The notes beneath the pieces are model-generated. The model was not told where the DNA came from. It searched no databases and saw only the letters and a list, made by a program, of their open reading frames with translations. DNA of 64,000 bases. Source: the human T2T-CHM13v2.0 reference genome, Homo sapiens. This document shows positions 11,737-25,609 of the stretch, in pieces; positions within the stretch are counted from its first letter, which is position 1, and every line of letters starts with the position of its first letter. The translations under genes and the position numbers were made by a program. Location of the stretch: NCBI RefSeq assembly GCF_009914755.1, contig NC_060936.1; one strand, written 5' to 3'.

Positions 11737-12464
11737 ACAGTTCTACGAACACTCCAAGAGACAGGAGTGATTACGTCTTGCAATGAGCAGGCATGGAGGG
11801 AATCTGGGTTTCATTGTGAGTGCAATGGTCTGACTTCTGTATTTTAAGCATCCTGGCTGTTGTGTGAAGAATGAACTGTGGGGAGCAAGGGTGTTCAGTC
11901 TGACACACGGAATATACTGAACGCATCGCAACTGATGACTGCTTGGGCATCCTCTATGCCCGGCACTGGTCTACATGCCTGATGGATATTATGTCACTTA
12001 ATTCTTGCAGTCCCATGATGGAGGTATTTTATAACTTGCATTCAGCAGGCAAGGGAACAGGGGTACAGTGAAGGCAGTGGTCACGGGACTAATGAGTCAA
12101 GAAGCCTGGATTTGAACCAGAAGTCAGGCTCCAGAGCTACATCGTGGTGTGACTCTCTTGCAGTGCTATAGGTCTGGGGTTGTCTGGCTGTCTCAGATCG
12201 TGTGCCTAACGACTAAGACATCGTTAAGTTTGGTGTTTGTTTTGGTTTGGTTTTCCTCTCACACTGCTGTGGTTTTACTCCACACCCCCTGGGTTTAAAA
12301 CTGTATGCTTATTCTCAAAAGATGGCACACAAATGGCCAAGAAGTATATGAAAAAGGGTTCGACATGACTATTCACCAGGGAAATGCAAATCAAAACCAC
12401 AATGAGATATTACCTCACACCTGTTAGGATGGCTATTATCAAAAAGATGAGAAATGAGTGTTAG

Positions 12465-12848
12465 CATATACACCATGGAATACTATGCAGCCATAAAAAA
12501 TGATGAGTTCATGTCCTTTGTAGGGTCATGGATGAAGCAGGAAACCATCACTCTCAGCAAACTATCGCAAGGACAAAAAACCAAACACTGCATGTTCTCA
12601 CTCATAGGTGGGAATTGAACAATGAGAACACATGGACACAAGGTGGGGAACATCACACACCGGGGCCTGTTGTGCGGTGGGGGGAGGGGGGAGGGATAGC
12701 ATTAGGAGATATACCTAATGTAAATGACGAGTTAATGAGTGCAGCACACTAACATGGCACATGTATACATATGTAACAAACCCGCATGTTGTGCACATGT
12801 ACCCTAGAACTTAAAGTATAATAAAAATATATTAAAAAAAAAAAGAAA
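12465..12848 (+). mobile_element. 5'-truncated L1PA (PA4/PA5-like) 3' end
   Basis: CATATACACCATGGAATACTATGCAGCC...GGGGGAGGGATAGCATTAGGAG...CCCTAGAACTTAAAGTATAAT plus poly(A); TSD AAATGAGTGTT(A/G)G. Confidence 0.92.
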
Positions 12849-13195
12849 AATGAGTGTTGGACAGGATGTAGAAAAGAGAGACTCCTGGCACACTGTGGGT
12901 GGGAATGTAAGTTGGTAAAGCCATTACGGCAAACAGTACGTAGGCTCTTCGAGATATTAAAAATAGAACTCCCATATGATCTAGCAATCCCACTCTGGGT
13001 ATATATCCAAAGAAAATGAGTCAGCACCTTGCACAGACATCTGAACTCCCATGTTCAGAACTTCTGCTCATCATGCAGGGGGATTCACAATAGCCAAGAT
13101 GAGTCAGCCTATGTGTCCATTAATGAACGAATGGATACAGAAAATGTGGGGTGTATATATACATGGAATATTACTTAGTCTTAAAAAAGAAATCC

Positions 13196-13559
<364 letters not shown>

Positions 13560-14148
13560 TTAAGTGAAATAAGCCAGGCACAGAAACCACATGATCTCAC
13601 TCACATGCAGAATCTAAAAAAGCTAAACTCAGAGGAGCAGAGTAAAATGGTAGTTGCCAGGGCTCAGCAACACTGGTGAGAGAATAGGGAGATGCTGATG
13701 AAAAAGGGAAAACCTTCTATTATGCCAGATGAGCAAGTTCTAGAGTTCGAATGAACCGCAGAAGGACTAAAATTAATAATTCTGTATAGTGTCCTTGAAA
13801 TGTACTGAGAGGATAAATCTTCAGTGTTTTCCTCATAAAAAGAGAAAGTAAAACAAAGAAAACCGTCACTGTAGAAAGGGATAATGTGAACTAGCTTGAC
13901 CGTGGTGACAATTTCACAATGTATACATACAGCAAATCATCAAATTGTACATCTTCAATAGATACAATTTTTGTCAATTTTACCTCAATAAAGCTTAAAA
14001 GCTAAAATAAATTTTAAAAGGTATATATTTAAGCCAAAACTAACCTAGTGAAAAACAACAGTTGACAGGGGCCAGAGATGGGTTGGGGTTGCTGGAAAAG
14101 GAGCAGAAGAAACTTCTAGGGCAATGGAAATGTCTGTGTCTCTACTAA

Positions 14149-14540
14149 GACAGCGTTTCTATGGTACACACGAGGCAGTGTTTCTATGGTACACATGAGA
14201 CAGCATTTGTACGGTACACACATGAGGCGGCGTTTCTATGGTACATACATGAGGTGGCGTTTCTATGGTACACACATGAGACAGCGTTTCTATGGTACAC
14301 ACATGAGGCAGCATTTCTATGGTACACTTGAGACAGCATTTGTATGGTACACACATGTGACAGCATTTCTATGGTACATACATGAGGCAGTGTTTCCATG
14401 GTACACACACGAGACAGCATTTGTATGGTACACACATGAGGCAGCGTTTCTATGGTACATGAGGCAGCGTTTCTAGGGAACACACATGAGACAGCATTTC
14501 TATGGTACACACATGAGACAGCGTTTATATGGTACATACA
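14149..14540. repeat. 27-bp minisatellite (~15 units) embedded in an old L1M 3' end
   Basis: Unit CAGC(G/A)TTTCTATGGTACACACATGAG(A/G); flanks resemble an L1M 3'UTR (GGAAATGTCTGTGTCT...TAATTATACCACAACAAAATTGATTT). Confidence 0.93.
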
Positions 14541-15532
14541 TCTGTCCAAAAAGCCAATAACTATATACTTGAAACGGGTACATTTTATGATATGCTAATT
14601 ATACCACAACAAAATTGATTTAAATTTTTTCTAAATCAATACTAACTTGTAGTAAATAACGTATTAGGATTTGCTCAAGTATATCTTCCATGCACGATGA
14701 CAAGCCATATTACAGCCTCCAGCTGAACCCCCTAGAAGACATAATCGTGAGTCGAGGCTTCCTGTGTCAGCCGCTGTAGTCAAGTCAACTCCATCTGCAC
14801 AATTTCATGCAGCAGCAGCACCTGAGTTGATTCAACCCATTCTCTATGCCCTGTACCCCTGTAAGCAGGTGCCATCTGCACATTCAGGTGCTTCAAGTCA
14901 AACAGCAGGTGTTTCAAAAGTGTGGGACTGCAGAACTGGCTTTCTAGGGCCGGGACAAGCTGCTCTTCTAGAAGTTCACTGTCCAGCTGCTTGCGATGCA
15001 AGGAACGCGGCCTCTCTTCCCACCCTGCCCCCAGGGTGTTTTGGCTACCATGCAGCAGAAGGAGCCAGGTTCGGAGGTGCCTCATCTGGCAATCACCAGG
15101 CAGGGAACAGGGCAAGAAGACGGACATCCAGGAAAGAGAAAACCAGCTTCGCATAACAGACTCAACCCCAGCCGCAGACCTCCAAGAATCTGAACTCTGC
15201 TTAGCATCTGTGGGTTGCAAATTGGCTGGGTTTTCATCATATCTGGCCCTTAGAACCGGTTCCTCAGCCACTGTGTTTTTATTTTGCTTTGTGTTTTTTT
15301 TTTTTAATATGAATGTCTTCAGGCAGCACAGGAATCTGGGGTTCCCACTGCACCCCATTATACATTGTCTTATGCCCAGCTGATTCCCATATTAAGCTGC
15401 ATTCCTGGTGCGTAAATATCTTTGAATTTCTCAGCTTTGGTTTAGAAAAAGCATGTTCTTCTTGGGGCACAGGCATTGAAGCCACCAGACACCCAGTGAA
15501 AACGAGCAACAAGTTGTGAAATTACCTGCATT

Positions 15533-15865
15533 TTCAGCTTCAATCCCTTGGCATACCTGGGGGCATTGGTGGTAGGACCTCCATGGATACCAAAATCCTC
15601 GGATGCTCAATTCCTGATATCAAATGAAATAGTATTTGCATATAACCTATGCACATCTTCCTGAATACTTTAAATCATCTCTAGGTTACTCATAATACCA
15701 AACACAATGTAAATGCTATTTAAGTGGTTGTTACGCCGTATTGCTTTCATATTTGCATTTTTATTGTTATATTGTTATTTTTATTGTTTGTGGGTTTTTC
15801 CTGAATATTTTCAATCTGAAGTTGGTTGACTCTGCAGATGCAGAACCCACGAATACAGAGCACTG
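15533..15865. mobile_element. MER2 (TcMar-Tigger DNA transposon derivative)
   Basis: GGATACCAAAATCCTCGGATGCTCAA...GTATTTGCATATAACCTATGCACATC...GGTTGACTCTGCAGATGCAGAACCCACG. Confidence 0.8.
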
Positions 15866-16109
15866 TCTGGAAAGTGAACAACAAAAAGTATTTTCCTAAG
15901 GAGTCATAAAAATCCTTTTTTTGTCTGAGTTAGGAGCAATTATCTTGATGGCGCTTCTTGAACTCTGCAGTATCAAGTGGAGATTTACGTAAGAGGAGGT
16001 TTAGATGGTTAATGATAACCGTTCTGCCAATAGGTCATTGCACAGTATCATACACATGAATATGCATGTCTCCATCTAGACATCTCTAGAGCCACATCCA
16101 CTTGTTGAC

Positions 16110-17190
<1,081 letters not shown>

Positions 17191-17852
17191 GCTGACATTA
17201 GAACACCTGTGGAGAGAGACACAGACAGCAGGCAGAGTCGCTCAAATGCTAATGAGGCTTCTGTCCCAGAAATCCTGGTCCTGTGAAATGTGCCCATTTC
17301 CCTTTGGAATTAGCCTGCTGACTGAGGGGTAGCAGAAATCTATTGTTCACCACACCTGCAATTTCAATGTGGGCCTTAAGCCAGAGAAAATTAATATGGA
17401 ACTAAACAGTGATTCGTTCCAGGTGCGCCCATGCTCCTTTTCAAATCCCGTGAGAGTGAAGTCAGAAATTCTTCGGAAACATTCTCTTGGTTTTATGCTG
17501 AAGTTGCTGGGAGGATGGAGGTCATCCTGAAGTTGACTGTCATCTTGATATCATGAGGGCAAGTCTGCCCAAGAGTGAAATCAACACAAAATAAAATAAG
17601 GCAAGCTGTGGAAAGAGGGTGTCTCGATGACATATTTCACACTGTGTGTGTCCAGCTGAGACAGAAGGCAGAGTACCTCAGCCTTGTAGTTAAAAAGGCA
17701 ACGAATCCCCCTTTCTGTTTCAGATAGTCTGAGTTGTGTTTTCTGTCACTTGCATCTGAATGGTTTCTGAAAAATACACCAAGTCGAAATCCACTTAAAT
17801 GTTTCTAGCAAGCAGAAGCAACTTAGGAAGTGTCTCAATATTGGTTCTATTC

Positions 17853-18005
17853 TGTGGTATCCTGGAACTAGTTCATACTGGCTTGCAAAAGCCAACTGTA
17901 AAATCTTCAAGAATTTAGCAAGTCAGCTGCTGAACTCTCGGTAGTTTGAAATTAGCCATGTGGGCGTGAGAACCAATTTTTATTAAACATGTACCAGCAC
18001 ACCAT
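17853..18005. mobile_element. MER63-like hAT DNA transposon fragment
   Basis: TACTGGCTTGCAAAAGCCAACTGTAAAATCTTCAAGAATTTAGCAAGTCAG...TACCAGCACACCA. Confidence 0.55.
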
Positions 18006-20254
18006 GGGCTCCAGATCTAGGGTCAAAAACCTATCTTCAGAGGCTATATGGGAAGTTCCAAGCCAGTCTCTGAACCCCACTAAAAATCCCCCATGGCCCT
18101 TCCGGCCTGGATGTGATCTTTCCATAGGCAGCCTCCATAGGCCAGGCCTACAGGAACGGAAGAGGAAAGGGATGGAACAGACAATGTCTGCAGGAAGGCC
18201 TGTGTGGGTCCACACTCCCCAGCGAGCTGCTTCCCTTCATTTACAGCTCCACTCAGCAAAGAGGCGGCTCCTTAATGCTATCAACTCTCCCATGCTTCCA
18301 GGACATACCCTGCCAAGTCCCTTCCACCAACCTCAATCACAGACCAATAAAAGATCACTTTCCAGTTTAGTGACTTCTCAGTGTCACAGCGGGTGACACA
18401 AATAGGATTAAATTCCTCTATTCAGTTGCTAAAGAGACAGACAACAAAGCCTCTCCTAACACCCAATCTCTTTTTCCTGATAGGAGTAAATCTCCCCAAG
18501 ACAAAGTGGGCCTTGGGAGGCACAGAACTCCTAATCCAGTTTACACAGGGGGAGGACAAATAGGAGACACTGACAGCATCGTGAACGTGAACTTCCCAAT
18601 GGAACAACTCTCCTGCTCTCCAGATTAAACATCACGATCCCCTGCCGTGCATCCCCTGCCTGGGGTCCCCAGCTGTGGCATTATCTCCTCAGCATTCACT
18701 GTTCACAAAGGCTTTTCAACTGACTGCAGAATAACGTTAAGAACTAATGTTCTATCAAGTCTAAAAGCTGCAAAGGTCAAACTTGCTCCCACCAAGGGAG
18801 AAAACAAACACGAAGGATGCTGTTTAGAAGAGTCATGTTGTTGGGGTCTGTGTCTATCTGAAAGCCACCAACTAATGTGGTTAAATCTTTGGAGCGAAAG
18901 TCAGTAAGCAGCAATCCCTGCACCATTTTCAAGTACCTTTGTAATGTACCGACGTAAGCTCCAAGGTTCTGGGTTAAATGGCGCACAGGATGTTGACCGT
19001 CCATGCGTGAATGAGTAAGCTAATATCCACCATGTCAACAAACCCGTTAATAAAACATGTACCTCATGCAAGATTCAAATATGTTAGAGCTGGGCAAGAG
19101 ATTGGAAATGATGCTGTTCATACTTCACGCGAGGCAGATGAAGAAAGAGAAGCCTAGGTGCCTCTCAATAAAAAGCAAAAAGCATTATTCCCTTGTGAAA
19201 AAAATGATCCTTCATTCAGCGTGAAGAAGGCGGCTCTCCTATGAACACCTCACTCTTAATCTTGTTGAAAGACCCTGAGCAAGTCACGCGCCTGGAGTCT
19301 GATAGACCCATTACAAAAAGAAAGGTAGGGAGACGCTATGAAATTCTTGCGCCCCAATTATTGCAGAGGGGACACCGTTTTGATTGAATTGCTCAGACGG
19401 TTATTTTTCTTTTAATTTATCGCATCAGACATATGCAGCACGGATTATCTTCAGGCCTCTTTGTTTCATGCTCTAAGATCTGATAGAAGAGGGGGCCTCC
19501 GAACAGATGCATTATTCTGATTGTGATTAACAAAATGGAAAGGAAGAGTGTGTGCCAAGGGGAGAAAGCTGTTGGGATTGTCATTATCACACCATTTCGC
19601 TGATTTGCTGCAACTCAAATAAGGGCAGAAATGAAGACAATTAAAAGAGAACCAGACTGCCGTCGCCTACATTACTATAAAAACAAACAATAGGAATTTA
19701 AGCTGATTCGTCAAAAGCAGCAGGAAATTTCAGCAACAGAATTTTTAAAATCCCAGTTCTTTGCAGAACCATTTCAATGGCTAGACGCTGAACCAGCGTG
19801 AACCTGGGCACAAAGAATGGATCTGTCTTGTTGAGAATCTTTACTACCTTGTTTCAAATTACCTCTTTTACAAAGAGACTGAATGAGTGGGTCAACCACA
19901 AGGGATCAAATGCGCCAGAAGTAAAACTCACAAAGGCCTGATTTCACAAAAGCAAAACTATGCCCTTTGTTTTCATTTTTGTGGTTAAAAAACACACAGA
20001 GAGAACTAGAGAGGGTCTTTCTTGTGTACAGATTTTATATCATTTGCCAGAGAAAAGTATTCTAGGCTGAACTGAGAATTCATGAGACGATAAATTTTAA
20101 AAATGTAAAGTGAATCAGGCAACTTTTAAAAAATCCTTCCACTAACTCCCCATTCATTTGCTCTAAGTGACTTGTTTCCACCCATCTTTGATTCCATGAT
20201 CTACCACTCTTCCTCTCCCGCACTAAACCTCAGGCCCTGCTCAGACGGGGATTA

Positions 20255-20830
20255 CAACAGAAGGCTACAAACTTTCTAAGATGAATACATCATGAAGCAC
20301 CAACGTGCAGCACTTTGACTGTAGGTAATGAGGCCGTATTGTGGACTTGAAATTCACTAAGAAAGTAAATATTAAGTCTTCTTACCACAAAATACGATAA
20401 ATATGTGAGGTAATGCATATGATAAATAGCTTGACTTATCCACTCCACAATGTACACATATAGCAAAACATGATGACGTACACCATAAATACATACAATT
20501 TTTACTTAGTTTAAAAATAAATCGGGAGGCTGAGGCAGGAGAATCACTTGAACCTGGGAGGCGGAGACTGCAGTGAGCTGATATCATACCACTGTACTTC
20601 AGCCTGGGTGACAGAGCGAGACTCTGTCTCAAAAAATAAAAAATAAAATACATAAATAAATTATTTTAAAAGTAACTGTGTGAGGTGATGAATGCGTTCA
20701 TTAACTTGATTGTGGTAATCATTTCACAATGCATATGTATATCAAATCATCATGTCATCCTCTTTAAATATACATAATTTTGTTTGTCAATTATACCTCA
20801 ATAAAGCTAGGTTAAAAAAAAAAAAAAAAC
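20255..20830 (+). mobile_element. Nested old L1M 3' ends with an Alu right-arm fragment (20523-20660)
   Basis: Two TGTGAGGT(A/G)ATG...CTTGA...CACAATG blocks, TATACCTCAATAAAGC, poly(A); Alu arm GGAGGCTGAGGCAGGAGAATC. Confidence 0.75.
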
Positions 20831-20831
20831 G

Positions 20832-21452
20832 GAGGTCAAAAAGCTACAGTCCCTGGACTAAATGCAAACTGACACTTACTTTTATACAGCCCCAAAAGTA
20901 AAAATGTTTTTCACATTTTTCTTTTTTTTTTTTTTTTTTGAGATGGAGTTTCACTCTTGTCACCCAGGCTGGAGTGCAATGGCGCAATCTCGGCTCACTG
21001 CAAATTCCGCCTCCCGGTTCAAGTGATTCTCCTGCCTCAGCCTCCCGAATAGCTGGGATTACAGGCGTGCGCCACCACGCCCAGCTAATTTTGTATTTTT
21101 AGTAGAGACGGGGTCTAGAACTCCCGACCTCAGGTGATCTGCTCACCTCGGCCTCCCAAAGTGCTGGGATTACAGGCGTGAGCCGCCATGCCCGGGCTTC
21201 ACATTATTTTAATGGCTAAAAAGAAATGAAAAGAAGGATGATATTGCATCACATATAAAAAGCATGTGTAATTTCAATAAGTAAATCAAGCTGTATTCTA
21301 GCAGAGGTACAGACATCGGCTTACATGTTGCCTGGGTGCTTTTGCACCAAGACGACAATTGAGCAGTAGTGACAGAGACCGCATGGCCTGCCTGCAAAGC
21401 TGAAAGTGCGTGCTGGCTGGCCCTTAACAGACAAAGTGCGCAAGGTCGTGGC
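20832..21452. mobile_element. MER58B-like hAT-Charlie element interrupted by an Alu
   Basis: CAGAGACCGCATGGCCTG...CAAAGC...CTGGCCCTTAACAGACAAAGT. Confidence 0.7.
20921..21198 (-). mobile_element. Alu (AluS-like)
   Basis: Antisense Alu with poly(T); TSD TTCACATT. Confidence 0.95.
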
Positions 21453-23357
21453 TTAGAAGCCACATTGTATTCACCCTGTAGGGCTTTCACACTGGCCCTA
21501 GAAAGCGCTGATGTCCGATGGCCTCACAAGTGCCTCAGGTGCTATCTGTTCAGGCTGCCTTAACAAACCGTCATAGACCAGTGGCTTAGAAACAACAGAC
21601 ATTTATTTCTCAGAGTTCTGGAGGCTGGAAAGCCGAGACCATGGTGCCAGCGTGGTTAGTTCCTGGTAAGGGCCCGGCTCTGCGTTGCCGACGTCCGACT
21701 GCTTGTGGTATTCTCACCAAGTCATGGAACTGGTGCTATCCTGAGTCCCATTTAGAGAGGATTTGTAGGTTCAAATTTAACAAATGTTAAAGGGAGACAC
21801 ACGGACATCCAGCAGGCATGGCGGGGAAGAGAGGCGTGGCCTCTGTGGCTACTCTGTGGCCTGGAGCTGCAGTTCAAGTCACAGAACAAGGGAGGCTGGC
21901 TTGGGGATTTGGCAGGGAGGCAACGGGAAAAGCATGCGCCTCATCCCAGGGAGGCAGTGAGAATGCCAGCCCAGCCAGGGCTTCCGATTTTCGAGAGACA
22001 GCAGAAATCCAAATTTATCTTAATTTTCTTGATTTAAAAAATGTTGACAACTCAATTAAGAAAACAACACCAACAAAATTCTGTTGATCAAACACAACAT
22101 GTCCATCAGCAGCGGGTGGCTGACCAGCTTCCATTTTGTTAATTCTGGCCTGGAGATTTCCAATTTAATCAACATGGTAGTGTCCATCCATCCAGCCATC
22201 CGTTCATTATTTCCAAGAGCTTCAGTGTATTCTAGGCTGTGTTTTCAGCATTGTTAAAATGCTGAGACTTCATTCGACAGACCTAAAACATGGTTCCTGG
22301 TCTCCAATAGCTCACTACCTAGTTCCAGAAACAAGACATATAAATAAAAAACCTAAGGAAATCGACAGAAGGGAGGCCCTTAGGCTGCGTGTAGATTCTT
22401 ACTACTAAAGCAGCAAGAAGTGAGCCGAGAAATGTTATTTCCATTCCAAATCCAATTATCTGGTGATCTAAACTCGGGTCTTAGCATCCTCATCACCAAA
22501 TCCTATCATTGGGAAGAAGAACTGCCATCGTTTTGTTGATCCTAACAAAGTCCAAAAGAAAGAACAAGCAAACCATTATTTCCAATTCAGCAATCTTTCC
22601 ATACCTGGAAGCTTGTTTTGAGATGCAGCAGAAATGATGGCTAAGGATTATTGGTTGACTGTGATTTCTCTACAGTAATCTCCACGGCTATTACACTACC
22701 TCTTTCATGAACACATTTGTCAGGACCTTATCAGCAACAAGTAGCATAAACCCAAGACCAACTTGCTTAAAGAAAAACAAGAGAATTTATTGGCTCATGT
22801 AACTGAACAGCTCTGGAGGTATGGGTTATGGCTTCAGGTATGGCTGGATCAAGCCTCAACAACGATATCATGTTTGTCTTCTCTCTGTCTCTTTGTGTTG
22901 GCTTCATTATCAGGCTCTCTGGGGTGGCTTCCAGCAGCTTCAGCTTGGCCTCATCCTTACTGCTGTTAGTGTCCACAAAATGGGACCTTATTTCTTCCAA
23001 GATTTCCACCAAAAGTCATGAAGCTCTCTCTCCTCTACTGGAATTAGGTCAGGTATTAACGCCTGACTCAATCACTGTAGCCAAGTCAATCTGTTGACTG
23101 CCCTTTCCTAGTTCTCAATCTCTGGAAGCAAAGATGGGCTGAGCCCAACCTCACTATATGAACTGATACAGAGGAAGGGAGGGTTCCCCAAAAGGAAACA
23201 AACTGTTGTTATGAGCGTGGGAATAGATGCAGAGCGTGGGAATGGAGTGTGCAAATGCAACTTCTATCCGTGAAGAAGAGACTATATTCCCTCCCCAGCC
23301 CAAAACAAGACACATTTTACAAAGAAACAACCTCCTTCAGATGTTATGAAGAAAAGG

Positions 23358-23464
23358 AAACTATTAATATTAGTTTAACTATGAATATTATATTAATAAT
23401 TATATTATAATTAATATAATTATGTAATATTATAGTATAATACTATATTAAAACTATTAATATT
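23358..23464. repeat. AT-rich low-complexity, partly palindromic tract
   Basis: Almost pure A/T; AAACTATTAATATTA occurs at both ends. Confidence 0.85.
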
Positions 23465-23842
23465 ATTCCAGAGCTGAGACAGAATGAAATAGAAAGTTCA
23501 CCATGGCCGTGGTACAAACACTTTCAGAGAACCACACACTGTGGGTAAGAAGAACTTCAAAGAGATTTCTGTGACCTTCCTTAAATCTCAAGCATTTCAT
23601 GTACACGTGTCAGACCAAGAATCCACCTGATCAACAGCTGACTCTAAGGGCCGCTGGCTAGCAGAAGGAAGCACCCATTCCTATTTGTTCAGCTGAGAAA
23701 CATCCTTAAACGCGTAAAACAGATAAGGTCACAGAGAATCTCATTCATCTGGCTTCCCACAGTCAGCCTGCAAACAGACATGGGTCAGAACAGCAGGGAC
23801 AGCAATTTGAGAATAGCGGCTTAATAATACCTATTAACCAAA

Positions 23843-23856
23843 CGCGCGCGCGCGCA

Positions 23857-23897
<41 letters not shown>
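23843..23897. repeat. Compound microsatellite (CG)6(CA)10(GA)11
   Basis: Read directly from the sequence. Confidence 0.97.
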
Positions 23898-24581
23898 CGC
23901 TATAAGCTGAAGCCCATCTTGCAGCCTCTCTAGAGAGCTCTTAGGCAGTGATGACAACTCCTTTTGGAAAGCTTACTCCTGGGTGTCTTCATACTGGCAC
24001 AGAGGTAGCTGTTTCTCTTCCAGTCATGCCAGGATAAGTTATTCTAATGTCTTCATATTAACCACTCCCCATGAAACACTGGTAAGGCTGCATGAAATGA
24101 TCTTCAAGCCTGGAGTGATTCCTAAAGCACAGAATCTATATTATAGACTGGGGTCAGTTTGTGGCAATTTTGCCCTGAGAACTGAGACCATCTGCATCCA
24201 CAAGGCGAGAACTAAGACCAGCTATTTAATATATCAAAATGCCTGTACTGTCTGTTCCAGGAAATTCCTGCCCAGGAATACAAGACTGTGAAATAATACA
24301 TGATCTCACTGTTTGCTTCAGGAAATTTTTGAAAACGGATTTATTTAAACAATAAATGGCTCACCTGGGCTAAAAGCTCACTTATGAAAAGACTGTGCAT
24401 CAGGATTCACCTCAGGTCCCTTGTTTTGGTGTGTCTCCTCTATTGAAGGACCTACCTTAAGCTACTTGGGCTCAAACCCCAAATCTCTTTTAAGTATCTA
24501 TTCTCGACCTTCCTTTCCTGAAATCCTACTGAGATTCTCAGTGATTGCTTTACGTTACTGTAATTAAGCTTTGCTTAATGA

Positions 24582-25372
<791 letters not shown>

Positions 25373-25609
25373 TTTAAAAACTCCACTGGGGAAATAAATG
25401 TCATAAAATCAATCCCAGACATAAGAGTTTGTGTTCCTTTCCTAGATCACAGTCTCACTTCCCCAAAAAGTCTATGCCTCAGTCCTACACATTAGAGTCA
25501 GATGGGAAGATTTTTAAAACAGACTGGGGTCCCACCTCAAATCAAATACATCAGAATCTCTGGGTCTGCTGGCTGAAAACAATGTTTATTAAAAGGTTTT
25601 GTGTAAGAT

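Noticed and set aside
14764-15519. Cluster of overlapping 130-190 aa ORFs
   Set aside because: No recognisable homology or coding bias and no clear splice structure; one ORF runs through a poly(T) tract.
19430-19452. REST/RE1 site (GCAGCACGGATTAT)
   Set aside because: Lacks the proper half-site spacing and the GGACAG right half of the RE1 consensus.
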